From positions 172,174,001-172,238,000 of the forward strand of contig OX597816.1 of assembly GCA_951406725.2 (NCBI GenBank): 64,000 bases of DNA. Direction: 5' to 3'. Made by a program: the position numbers and the translations under genes. This DNA comes from Octopus vulgaris (Eukaryota). This document shows positions 1 through 11,851 of this stretch, one piece after another; position 1 is the stretch's first letter; the number at the start of each line of letters is the position of its first letter. The notes under the pieces were generated by a model that was not told the DNA's origin, made no database searches, and was given only the letters and a program-made list of their open reading frames with translations.

Positions 1-382
1 CATTTATATATTTAGTTATGGTATATACCACATAGTAAATAACGACAACTTTAGTCAGTCCATTAAGTAGTCCTGGGATTGTTCCTTGCAACCTAGGTGT
101 ATTAATGAATGAAAGTCTTGCTACTTAAAGCATAAAATAGTTATCCTGGACCCACAACATTCAATGCAACATTTGCAATACACATCCCCGATAAATGACA
201 GAGGCTGCTTTTGAAGATGCTTAGATCATCATTGAAGGAATAGAAGGGGTTAAGGGGGAGAAAGCTCATGTTCTGAGAGAGAAATGAGAATAGAAGATGA
301 AATTTTTGTTTCAATAGTGACAATGATTCTTGTCATTTATGGCCACCAGTTCAATTAACTAAAAGTGAAATGAGCCAAGTCA

Positions 383-1208
383 GTGAGGAATACCCTATGT
401 GGTTATTTGGACCATCTTGTATTAGTAACTGACTCTTTCAAACTATTCCTTCATGTCTTACAATAGATTGATAACAGCACTCACTGAATTCACCATCTTT
501 CTTTTCACTATTAGGAGCAAAGATCATTCACACATTTTCACATAACACAAAAAGAAATACAAACACCAGGAATTGCTTACCACACCTGTACAACATTCAC
601 ACATAAACTACATAGTTCAGAAAGCAAGACAATGCACAAACATACTTAGTGTTCCTAGGCATCACATTTGACCAACAGAAAGAAACAACACAAGCCTGCA
701 AAGAATTATATTAAATCCAGCATGGAATAGGTGAATCATGCCTAACCCCAATCTCTTCACAAGAAAAAAAGACAAAACAGCAGATTTTACATAATCATAT
801 ATCATACATAGTGTAGAAGCCAAACACATGGACTCAAACCAATAAGGGTGTTTCTACACTGATGCTTGTCCTGCTTGAAATAGCAGCCAAATTTCTTGGC
901 TCCCTGTCTTACTATCTTTAAGTATTCAAGAAAGGATAATGTACTCTTATATAAACAATACAAAAAAAAAAAAAGAAAGAAAAAAAGAAAACAGAAAACG
1001 AAGACACTGTGATCAGACTAGAATGTTCTGACCACAAATGTACCTCAGGCCAGCTCACATGGTTGGAATGGTATAGCTGTGAGGAATACCCTATGTGGTT
1101 ATTTGGACCATCTTGTATTAGTAACAGACTCTTTCAAACTACTCCTTCATGTCTTACAATAGATTGATAACAGCACTCACTGAATTCACCATCTTTCTTT
1201 TCACTATT
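383..1208 (+). repeat. 130-bp direct repeat (383-512 and 1079-1208)
   Basis: 2 mismatches by eye. Confidence 0.9.
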
Positions 1209-1890
1209 TCTTTTCACACTCAAATATTCTAGACCATACCCCCACAACGAAGGCCATCTGGTTGATTAGTAAACTGTCATTAAGAAATACCCTCTAACCA
1301 ACATAATAGTGGTCCCTTCTGCATAACTACAATGGTTTTTGCTTGCTTTAAATAACCAATATGCACATGTGCCCCAACAAAAGTTGGATACATTTGCCTC
1401 TCTTTGATCATTCCTACTGTGTCTCCCCACAAAACACAATTCTAATCATTTCACCCAAACCTTTACTTCAGTGCTGCCCAACCTTTTCCGAACATGGGCC
1501 GGATTTAAGAAAAAACGATGCTAGTGGGCCGGACTTACATTTCTAGCCTTTCGTTTTTTAATACAACTATTTGAAATAGTTTGAAAAAGTATTCAGAACT
1601 GAAAACATTGATTCTATTATTCTATTTATAGAAATTGTCCATTATACAATTATAATTCATAACTCAATTTAAACATAGGGGTCCTACATATGATACTGTT
1701 TCTATTACTTCTTCACTGCTATCAAAAAATTATAGTCTCCAGATATTACATGAATACGAAATGACCATTAAAAATTTTGATTTAGAACCTTACATTCTAT
1801 AAAACAAATTTAACAATTGATCAAGATTAAAAAAAACATTTGTTCAAATAAATGGCTTATATTTCAATAATAAAACAATTTTATTTTAGA

Positions 1891-2282
1891 CTAGTAGTAT
1901 CGCCCGGCGTTGCTCGGGTTTGTAAGGGAAATAACTATATAAGCATTTTTAGAGATGTAAAGTATAATAGCCATCTCAATATGGCTAACCACAAAGGGGG
2001 GTTACTGTAGCTTTTTACGTTCTGAGATTTAATAATAAATTTTTAGAGAGTTACTTCCCTTATATATGCCAAAAATGCATTAAAAATGGGAAAAATTGAT
2101 GGTAATTTTTTTTTAAATCGTAGACTCATTGTAGACGCGCGCTAATACCCAGAAGGGCTCGATATGAATCACGACTATAAGATACCCGGTTTTGGTTAAA
2201 CTGCACCACAAAATGTAGGAGTAGTTAGGAATCTAAATTGTAGGAGACAGACAGCACACAACCTCACTTTTATATATAAAGA
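1891..2282 (-). mobile_element. Non-autonomous Helitron
   Basis: 5' TC, 3' CTAG preceded by CCCGAGCAACGCCGGG hairpin, inserted at A|T with no TSD; same family at 43510 and 62589. Confidence 0.85.
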
Positions 2283-2307
2283 TGTATACCAGTAATGAAC
2301 GAAAATA

Positions 2308-4094
2308 TCAGTGAGAAACTTGAAATTGTTTCGAGTCATCAAGAAGCTTTTCAATGTCTGCTGGAATATTTGTTAAGGTCAGTCGGAGTTCATCTTCGAG
2401 GTGAGCATCACTCAAAGAATTTCTTTTGTTCGATTTTACCAATTGCATGCGACTGAAGAGGTATTCACATATCCACGTCGAACCGAACAAAACGAGAAAG
2501 CATTTTGAGTAGCAAGTAAGATTTGGATGTTGAGTGTGAGGCAGACCGTATTTGTAGAAATCCATCAGATTCCTGTTTAAAAAACTGACTCTTGACATCA
2601 AAGTCACTTTGCAATTCATTCAATTCCATTTGAAGCAGGATCCACGTCAAAAGGCATTGAAAAAATTTTCAGCTGCTCTTCACAAGCACAGAAGTCCTTA
2701 AATCTCCTGGCAAATTCTTCCTGCATCAGTTTTAACTCGCTCACAAAGAATTCCCGATTTATGGCTGAAATGTGCAGCTGTTTCTGAAGGCAAGAAAAGT
2801 GAGCATAATTGCTGTCAGCAATTTGAGTAATCCACAAATCCAGTTTCTTTTGGAAAGCTGTCACCTCTCCAAACAAATTATGGATGAGTTTTTCTTTTCC
2901 TTGTAACCGCACATTCAACTCATTCAGCTTGTGTGTAATGTCCACCAGAAAGGAAAAATCATTCATCCATTAGTCGTCATCAAAATTGATGCATAAATTT
3001 CCTTTTGCTTCAAAAAATGCTGCCACATGTTCTCGAATATCGTAAAAGTGTTTCAAAGTACGTCCACGGCTGAGCCCCCTGAAAAGGAATGCCAGAAAAT
3101 TTGGCGTTTATCTCATCGAGAAAATTTCGAAACTGTCGATGATTTAATGCGCGACTCCGAATGAAGTTGACAGCTTTCACGACATTATCCATGACGTGAT
3201 CAAACTTAATGATTTTGGAGCAAAGTGATTCCTGATGTATAATGCAATGGTACCACAATATTTGGTCTTTACTCACATTCAGGGATTCCAGTTTTCTTTG
3301 GATAAAACCACACAAGCCTTGTTCCTTGCCGATCATGGCCGGTGCACCATCGGTAGCAATTCCCACCAGGCGATCGTAAGTCAGTCCCACCTTTTCGAGT
3401 GCAATATTGATTTCTTTGAAAACAGCAGCACTGTGCAATTTTCTTTCATGGGGCATAGAGCAAGTAAATCTGCAGTGATATTAAAACTTGAATCAACACC
3501 TCTCACGAAAATCGCCAGTTGTGGTGTATCAGTTATGTCAGTAGATTCGTCGATGGCAATGCTGTAAGCTTAGAAGTTTTTACGAAGTTTGTTCAACTGC
3601 ATTTTCGTATTTTCAGCCAGTTCTTCAATCTTTCAGGTTATTGTATTACGCGACAAGCTAACACATATTATAGCCTTCTCTTTCTCTGGGTACAGAATTT
3701 CAATTGCTGAGGCGATACATTCTTTGAGAAAGTCTCCTTCCAAAAAAGGTTTCGTGATGCATGCGATCTTTTCAGCAATGATGAAACTTACTTTGGCGTA
3801 TTTTTTCAATCCATCATCTATTTTCTGAAAAATATTCTGTTGCGAGACTAAATTCCTTTGAAGTAAAAGTACTTTCTCCTTGCGTTGATCTCCTTCATAA
3901 CGATTATGGGTCGAAGCGTGCTTTAATGTGTAATGCCATTTCACATTTTCAACTTTTGGAACTGCGATTGTTTCACCACAGGTCAGACAGAGACATTTTG
4001 TATTTGATTCCACAAAGAGATGCAAATTTGTCCATGCCTCGTTAAACCTGTGATTCCCCTTGTCTACTTTTCTGATTTTTCTAGCCGACGCCAT
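2308..4094 (-). pseudogene. hAT transposase pseudogene (frameshifts and stops)
   Basis: ORF pieces 3633-4094, 3010-3456, 2616-2966, 2308-2619 with CLCLTC..H..H, SIAIDESTD, TDGAPAM, HCIIHQESLC and FGSTWICEYLFS motifs. Confidence 0.92.
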
Positions 4095-4452
4095 GGATGA
4101 ACAAAATTTGAAATTTATTGGGAAAAAGAAACTACTGTAATTTGCTCATCGGTATAAGGCTTCCGTATCACATGAATTATTCATTCATCCACCAAGAATC
4201 GGTCTTCAAGCACAAAATCTAATGAAATTCTTAGGCAGTGATTTTCCCCATTGATTGAGCGATGTTGTGATTGGCTGCTGGCTCAAGCCAGCTTGACTTT
4301 ACAGTTTTCAGCCACAACACGGTCAGCATGCTTAAAACAATCCCTGTTGCAGATAAATCACGTCTCATAATGACGTATGGAGAAGACCTGCGTGAAGCAC
4401 ACTTCCTCAACATAAAGAGGATACTTTAATGTGATTTTTTTATGATCTCTCG

Positions 4453-4851
4453 CTTTTACTCTTTTACTTGTTTCAGTCATTTGACTGTGGCCATGCTGGA
4501 GCACCGCCTTTAGTCGAGCAAATCAACCCCGGGACTTATTCTTTGTAAGCCCAGTACTTATTCTATCGGTCTCTTTTGCCAAACCGCTAAGTGACGGGGA
4601 CGTAAACACACCAGCATCGGTTGTCAAGCAATGCTAGGGGGACAAACACAGACACACAAACACACACACATATATATATACATATATACGACAAGCTTCT
4701 TTCAGTTTCCGTCTACCAAATCCACTCACAAGGCATTGATCGGCCTGAGGCTATAGTGGAAGACACTTGCCCAAGATGCCGCGCAGTGGGACTGAACCCG
4801 GAACCATGTGGTTGGTAAGCAAGCTACTTACCACACAGCCACTCCTGCGCC
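4453..4851 (-). mobile_element. tRNA-derived SINE family A (about 400 bp)
   Basis: A box TGGCTGTGTGG, B box GGTTCAGTCC, internal (TA/TG)n, (AAAAGAGT)n tail; nested in the hAT element. Confidence 0.88.
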
Positions 4852-6605
4852 TATCTACAAATACATTTTTTGTAATTTGTTTTGCAGATACCCATAAATT
4901 GAAGACCGACTAGTGGGCCAGATCCGGCCCGTGGGCTGGACATTGGGCAGCACTGCTTTACTTGAACTGTAAACCATTTGAAACACCCAGCCCATTTTCT
5001 GTACAGACATCAAATTGTGGAAATTCAAAGTGAATACCAAGTACATCTACTTTCCCAGTTTAGGTTATGGGCACTGTCCCTTCTTAAAATAACATTTTTA
5101 AATAATACCAAACTCTCCAATTGCTACCAACTTATCTGCCCTACATCTTGTTTCACTCAGTAGATCAGTTTTCAGCATATTTTCTTTGTAACTAATGAAA
5201 GTTTTATGTTTTTTTATGCTCCATTTTACACCCAGAGTGTCCTGTTACATTAGTGATATAGATTACAATGTATCCTTTGACGATATTTGTATGACTAAGT
5301 TTTTGATCATTTGTTATAAACATCAGAAAGGGTTCTTTCTCAAGTATTCAAGAAAATTTACTATTACTATGTTCATTATATACTTTATTTAGTCAATGAA
5401 CGATGTCCATGAACAATGAACAAAAAAATATTTTATGTAAAGGTTGGTATTTGTGACACCTAAGCACTTGTCATTCTGAAGAAACTGACTGGTAACAACT
5501 GACAATGGTTTCTTATGTCAACTTACCTGTCTTACAAAGCCCATCCCAGATTGCCATAAAAGGACAACAAAGCTATTTCCTCACCATAGAAGGTAGTTGG
5601 TCTACTACTATATTGTAAGTAGCCAAGACAATTATTAATGATACTCCTCTGCAGTACAAGGAAATCTCCACTTGTTATTCATATGGATTACAACAATGGA
5701 TGATGATCACTTTTGCAACAGAAATGGAAACATTGTTAAATTACAAATAAATTATACTTTAAGATTGACAAGAAGGTAAGGTAAGGTTTTATTTTTACAG
5801 TGTAGTTTTTTGACCTGTAGCTAGCTTTAGTTTAGATCAAGACAGGTTTTTACTTCAAAGTTATTTGTTCAGATGACATGTATACAAAGTGACTATTATT
5901 AATGCTATTTCCCCTTCAACTTTGTTTCCATTCATTAAGGAACCTACTTGCAATTTTATCACGCATTTAGGTTATGTTTATTTTCGAATTTAAATGTTTA
6001 TCACAGTTAATTGAGGTCAGACTTATTATTTTTCCAAAGTGAGTGATTATATACATAACACACGCAAAATATTCTCAGTCATTGAGTTTCATTAAAGAAT
6101 AAAATAAATTTCCAGTAATCAAACATAATTGCAGACTGTTTTCCTATAAATTTACATATGAATCTATGACATTAAGATTTGGCAATATTCAGTAAGTGGA
6201 AGTTTCATGATCAAAGGAATAAACTTTTAAGGACAAAATTAAAAGAGGTCAAGTATATCTAAAAACAAACTTCATGGCAGATACACAAAGGAACCCTGAT
6301 ATGGTTGTTGAACAACAAGCACTGCCCAAAAATGGAATTCAATGCATTCTTTACTAGTCTTCTGAAACTGGTGAAATGTATTGGTTTATTAATAAAACAA
6401 AAGCTGAGATTTCCATGGGAGAGAGAAAAGTGAAATGAAAAACAACTTGTGATCAAAACTAGGTTACTTGCTATAGATTTACAATACACATAACAAATTT
6501 TAATTTAAAAATTCATACCACTATATATATATACCAGAGTAAACACATAAATGTGAAACAAGGTGGAAAAAAAGAGTACTCAAATACCAGTGGTAGAGTA
6601 ATATG

Positions 6606-6791
6606 CTTTATTTAAAGCAGCAGAAAATTCAACAAAATCTGTTACTCTGAGTTTCTCGTTGCCGTTCATCAGACAGTTTTTGTTAGACAGTTTTTTTGTC
6701 AGACAGTTTTTCTAACAAAAACTATCTGATGAACGGCAACGAGAAACTCTGAGTAACAGATTTTGTTGAATTTTCTGCTGCTTTAAATAAA

Positions 6792-6792
<1 letters not shown>
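6606..6792. repeat. 82-bp inverted repeat (Penelope pLTR-like) carrying two hammerhead motifs
   Basis: Arms 6606-6687 and 6711-6792; related copy at 61770-61940. Confidence 0.85.
6722..6759 (+). ncRNA. Putative minimal type I hammerhead ribozyme (mirror copy on minus strand 6639-6676)
   Basis: CTAT-CTGATGA-ACG GCAA CGA-GAA-ACTC T GAGT-A|ACAG; A.A mismatch at the base of stem II. Confidence 0.6.
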
Positions 6793-6852
<60 letters not shown>

Positions 6853-7256
6853 TATGTAAAGTTTTGTTCAAATTGTAATTTTTTACTTCTTTTAAATATG
6901 ATAATATAGAAATTGAAATACATTCACACAATACCCTAAGACTATATACCACGTTATATAAATGTTAAAAGTTATTTTATATGGCACCATGGCCAACATT
7001 TATAACAAAATTGTAGCAGTTGACTGAACAGATCAACCCCAGTATATTAGTTATTTTAAAAACATTAATAATGTGAAAGCTAAAGTTAATAGTAGTGAAA
7101 TTTGAATACAGAAATAAGATGAAAGAAATACTATAAATTTAGTTTAACATTATACTATTCCTGGCATTCCAAGAGTCTAAGAAGTTGTGAAAATCTTAGT
7201 TGAAACTCAATTCAAACTTGGTTACCTTATAACGCAATTCCTTCGTTTCAAACCTA

Positions 7257-7482
7257 TTTCTTTATTACCCACAAGGGGCTAAACACAGAGCGGACAAACA
7301 AGGACAGACATAGGTATTAAATCGATTACATCGACCCCCAGTGCGTAACTGGTACTTAATTTATCGACCCCGAAAGGATGAAAGGTAAAGTCGACCTCGG
7401 CGGAATTTGAACTCACAACGTAACGCACACGAAATACCGCTAAGCATTTCGCCCGGCGTGCTAACGATTCTGCTAGCTCGCC
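7257..7482 (-). mobile_element. tRNA-derived SINE with Meta-like central domain (copies also at 47424-47652, 63818-64000; degenerate at about 28170)
   Basis: GAGTTCAAATTCC B box followed by CCTTTCATCCTTTCGGGGTCGATAAATTAAGTACCAG, resembling the MetaSINE core as recalled. Confidence 0.75.
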
Positions 7483-7601
7483 TTGGTTTCAAACCGATTA
7501 ACAATACGTTGAATTACATTAGGTTAGAATCAAACCTAAGAAACACAAAGAATCCACTGCAGTTATTGAAACAACATCATTATGGAATTATCCATATTTA
7601 A

Positions 7602-7812
7602 CCCTTTAGTGTTCGCATTATTTTACCAAAAGTAATGCTTTTTTATCCACATTGTTTTGAATTAATCATGCATTATCTTGTAACTTTGAGAGTCTGATGA
7701 GGTAATTGTTAATTTTTAAAACAATATTGTAGGGTTGGTGTGAGAGACCAGATCTGGCCAGTTTGACCATAAAACAGGCAGAATACTTTTGGCCGGTTTA
7801 AATGCTAAAGGG
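7602..7812. mobile_element. piggyBac-type MITE
   Basis: TTAA|CCCTTTAG...CTAAAGGG|TTAA; family also at about 17107-18100 (RTE inside), 20745-21325 (SINE inside), 43253-43470, 60025-60212, 61105-61325. Confidence 0.8.
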
Positions 7813-9240
7813 TTAAATGAAGTGGCCTACATGTTTGTGTTTTTCAATGCTTAGTATGTGTAGAAACGCACATTATTCAAGTCAACAAAGCAGCCACCAT
7901 TTGGTCACTTGACAAGATAAAAAAAATAGCAGCCAAATGCCCTCTAAAATTACATAGTACCATCTTATAAAATGAAGGGTAAGTTAAAAGAGGAAAAAGA
8001 AAAACAAAAGAATGGCTCTACTGAATCAGCGCTGGTCTGAAGTTAAACTTCAAAATAACTACGACACATATCTATTGTAGTTCCTCATCTAAGAATTTGG
8101 TGTGCTATGATAATGACTATTTTGCACTAGCATTTACAGTTTTATAAACAATACTATTATAAGTCTAATGTATTGTCCAAGGGTATGTTGCATGCATACA
8201 AACATACACAAACACACACTTATATACATAACATGTTTATGCTCACATACATTCAAATGGACATTCAGGCACAGACACCTGTATGCATAAGATCCTAAAT
8301 AAGGTCATCATTTAGAGGTCAACAACATTGTTGAGTGTTTAGAAATTAGTCATCATGCTGATGACTAGACATTATTATTGCAAGACTAGTCACTGTTATT
8401 GCAAGGTTAATTACACATTAATTTTGTATGATTAATTCCTATCATCTGCTAATGTTGCTAATCAGAAGAACATATGATAAAGTTTGTTTAAGATAATAGC
8501 ATCCTTTGACATAAATTCAATAATAAATAATAGCATCATTTGATACAAACTTATTCGCAACCAAATATGCTTGGTAATTTCTTATACATTAGAACTGATA
8601 ATTGTAAATTATTGTAATGAGGAGAGGTCAAATGGTTAAGCGGATAAAGTATCGAACTCTATTCGCTCAGTTTATGTGTCATAAGTTCAAATTCATAGCA
8701 CATGCTTTGTTGTATTTCCGGGCAAGATATTTCGTTCCAAGTACCTAATTACACTAAATTCTTGGGAATATACAACAGATTTCCTTTGGTAAACAAGAGA
8801 TACCAACAGAAGACAAACTACTTAAGAACTCTGCTCTGGGTCTTATTCTTTTAGCCTTCACTATTTACAGGCAAGTCACAAGGTAGTGAGGTTATTTAAA
8901 ACACTAGCTTGAGTGATTTCATGACTTTGATTGCTACATATTATCACCTGCTAATGTACCAATATCCTATCTATTTCGTCTACCTGGCTGGCACTATTCA
9001 CATTAGACTATTCTATAAGGATTCGTGCCACATACTTCCAAGACCTTAGAGTCTTCATTTGTAGTAAATTAATTGAGAAACTGTAAAGGAAAATAGGACA
9101 CACTTCTTACTCTTTTTAAAGATATTTCATTTACCCTTTTACATCATCGAGCCAAGGCTGTAAACATAGAAAATATATACAATAATTATATGCACTGATT
9201 ATAATCAAGATAAAAATGCTTCTAACTTAAATAAGATGTT

Positions 9241-9295
9241 TACTAACAATGAATTCAGTAAGATTCTATCTTTAAAAGTATGTATTTTTTTACAG
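9241..9295 (+). promoter_or_regulatory. Probable 3' splice site preceding the LRR CDS exon (implies an upstream 5' UTR exon)
   Basis: TACTAAC branch-like motif 9241-9247 and T-tract/acAG acceptor ending 9295, 24 nt before ATG 9320. Confidence 0.55.
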
Positions 9296-9319
9296 TTATC
9301 AGAACACAAATATTCCAAA

Positions 9320-11851
9320 ATGAAATTCAGCCAACTGCACATAATTTGGATATTACAATTCCAGGTAGCTGCTTTAGCTTTCAATGAAACAATTAACATC
9401 AAAAACACTTGTTATATCAATAACTTCAAAATTTTCTGTGAATACATTGATTTACATAATAAAAACTTAAACTTTGAACAGCTCAATGGCACATATATGT
9501 TATATCTTATCGGAACAAATCTACACTCTCTACAGGAGAATGTTTTCAATGGTACTCAAATTAAGCACTTATCAATATCTGACAATCCATTAACAGTAAT
9601 TGACAAAAATGCATTTGGTGGACAAGAAGAATTCTTGGAAAGCTTAGAGCTATCAACAACAGATACAACAGAACTAGTTGATTTTACAGCCCTTCAAAAC
9701 CTGTATAACCTTGAAACTCTTGAAATTGAGAATTTCTATATGAACCAGAATTTAAACAATTTTACTTCTGATAAGCTAACTAAACTGACAAAACTCTCTT
9801 TAATAAATAATAAAATTCGTGATGTTAACATAAATACATTTGCACATTTCCAGAATTTAACTCAACTTACTATAAAAAATAATAAGCTAGCAAAAATGCT
9901 ACATCCACAAGCCTTTGAGCATCTGCTCAACTTACAATATCTTGATGTGAGTAATAATGCAATCACAGAGATAACAATGGGAAATTTACAAAATGTAAAA
10001 AAGATGCTGCAACATTTAGACTTAAGTTCAAACAAAATCACACGTGATCATTTGGAACATTTTAAAAACCTTTCAAAACTTGAAACCCTCAAGTTAGATA
10101 ACAATAGAATTAAAAGTCTATCAGGTGACATATTTCAAAATATGAATAAACTGAAAACCTTGTCTGTGAGAAATAACCAACTTACTAAATTGCGAAAAAC
10201 ATATTTAAATGGTTTAAATAATCTCAGAGAACTATTTTTAAGTGGAAATCAATTGATCATTGAAGCCACAACAATGACTGAAGTGCCTCTCTTAGAAATT
10301 TTATATTTGGATAATCAAAATCTAAAAGGAACTATGGAAATAAAATGGTTAGAAAATACCAGTGGAACACTGAAAAAATTATCGTTAAAAGGCAATAGTT
10401 TTAATAATACAGATCTTTGGAGAGCAATTAAAACATTACCACATTTGGAATTCTTGGATCTTTCCAAATGTAATCTAGCAGTAATCCCTGCTTTTGCATT
10501 TGAACAGAACTCAAAGCTAAAAGCCATAAAGCTAAATGACAACAAATTAGAGAGTTTAGAGGAAGGTGCATTTCAAGGTCTACAAAACACTTTAGAGTCT
10601 ATTAAACTCAGTAACAACCAGCTCCAAGTTGTGGACGAATGTGTTTTTAATAATTTCAACTGGCCAGAAAAGGAATATTTCAATATAGACCTCAACAATA
10701 ATAAACTGGTGTGTAATTGTTCTCTTCATTGGCTTCAAATTCAGTTACATGAATATATTAAGAAATCTAATAATAACACTTTACCAGTTAGTTTCTGGAA
10801 GTGTTTCACTGCTAATGGAGAGGAGCTGATTGCAAATACATATTTGACCTGTGATAGCAGTAAAACAAACTGTCAGGACTTAGGAGCAATACAGAATGTA
10901 ATTTCAACAAAGGAAAAATTTAATAGTGCTAATAGATATACTGAAACTAAACTAGAAATAAGCCCAATTACAACTCCAAAATCTTTTAGAAGACCACTGA
11001 TTTCACTTAAGCTTGAAAGAGTGCTATCAAATGTTGTTAGAATATCATGGAATATATCAGATCTATTCTGGGTAAAGGATTTCACATTACAAATTAAGGA
11101 AATACTTCCCAATCAAGAAAGGAAATTTCAATCAGAACCAATACATAAATTAAGACAATCTCAAATATTTCTTTATTTAAACAGTGAATCAATTTTACAT
11201 GTTTGTATCATTGTTAATGTGATTGTTAATAGCAATTTAATTGATGCCTGTGACACTTTACAGCCCCAAAAAAAAGAGCACAGCCCAAGTACTAGCAACA
11301 AAAATACATTAGAGATAGGACTTGGAATTACTGCATTTGTTGCACTTTTAATCCTTGTTATTTTACTCTGTGTATTATACAGAAATCATAAAAACAATAA
11401 GAAACGCGCATATGAAGAACCTAAAAATTCAGTAAGGGCACAAATCAATTTAGCACAAACAAGTAGAGACCACAAAAAAAAGACACCAAATGAAACTAAA
11501 ATACCAGCTGTTAATGTAATATCTCATGGCCAACTTCAGCCAGATCGACAGCTTTCTACAAGAAGCTACCAATATCTGAATACGGGGAATTTGAAATCTG
11601 AGCATACCTATGAAGCTATCGAAACAGAAAACTCTCCAAATCAATATGTGAATGTTAAAGAAACACCAAATTATGATGAAAAAAGGACATCTTTACAAGA
11701 TTTAAGCGTAGATAATTTCCAGTATAACGGGCAAATACCAAATCAGGTAAAGAGACCGCTACCGTCTCATAATAATGATGTTAATATAAATGAACCTTTC
11801 TATTATAATACAGCCCAAAATTATGCTGAAACTAAAGAAACAGAAATATAG
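9320..11851 (+). CDS. Leucine-rich repeat single-pass transmembrane receptor (signal peptide, about 15 LRRs, LRRCT, FN3-like domain, TM, Tyr-rich tail), 843 aa, uninterrupted CDS
   Basis: Long ORF 9236-11851. The likely start is M29 (ATG 9320), which gives the signal peptide MKFSQLHIIWILQFQVAALA. Repeated LxxLxLxxNxI motifs; LRRCT NKLVCNCSLHWL; VRISWNIS...VCIIV FN3-like segment; TM IGLGITAFVALLILVILLCVLY; C-terminal ETEI. Confidence 0.93.
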   Translation: MKFSQLHIIWILQFQVAALAFNETINIKNTCYINNFKIFCEYIDLHNKNLNFEQLNGTYMLYLIGTNLHSLQENVFNGTQIKHLSISDNPLTVIDKNAFGGQEEFLESLELSTTDTTELVDFTALQNLYNLETLEIENFYMNQNLNNFTSDKLTKLTKLSLINNKIRDVNINTFAHFQNLTQLTIKNNKLAKMLHPQAFEHLLNLQYLDVSNNAITEITMGNLQNVKKMLQHLDLSSNKITRDHLEHFKNLSKLETLKLDNNRIKSLSGDIFQNMNKLKTLSVRNNQLTKLRKTYLNGLNNLRELFLSGNQLIIEATTMTEVPLLEILYLDNQNLKGTMEIKWLENTSGTLKKLSLKGNSFNNTDLWRAIKTLPHLEFLDLSKCNLAVIPAFAFEQNSKLKAIKLNDNKLESLEEGAFQGLQNTLESIKLSNNQLQVVDECVFNNFNWPEKEYFNIDLNNNKLVCNCSLHWLQIQLHEYIKKSNNNTLPVSFWKCFTANGEELIANTYLTCDSSKTNCQDLGAIQNVISTKEKFNSANRYTETKLEISPITTPKSFRRPLISLKLERVLSNVVRISWNISDLFWVKDFTLQIKEILPNQERKFQSEPIHKLRQSQIFLYLNSESILHVCIIVNVIVNSNLIDACDTLQPQKKEHSPSTSNKNTLEIGLGITAFVALLILVILLCVLYRNHKNNKKRAYEEPKNSVRAQINLAQTSRDHKKKTPNETKIPAVNVISHGQLQPDRQLSTRSYQYLNTGNLKSEHTYEAIETENSPNQYVNVKETPNYDEKRTSLQDLSVDNFQYNGQIPNQVKRPLPSHNNDVNINEPFYYNTAQNYAETKETEI

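Larger units (their letters stand above)
1469..4955 (-). mobile_element. hAT DNA transposon (Charlie/SPIN, GTF2IRD2-like), full length, decayed transposase
   Basis: Perfect 13-bp TIR CAGTGCTGCCCAA; 8-bp TSD CTTTACTT at 1461-1468 and 4956-4963; contains nested Helitron and SINE. Confidence 0.95.

Noticed and set aside
5527-5648. Minus-strand AG...GTAAGT segment as the next ATG2 exon
   Set aside because: Stops occur in all three frames and there is no ATG2 similarity; at most a cryptic or poison exon, unsupported without RNA data
9236-9319. ORF-track start of the LRR protein (871 aa)
   Set aside because: The segment contains a branch point/acceptor and precedes the signal peptide; ATG 9320 is the better start
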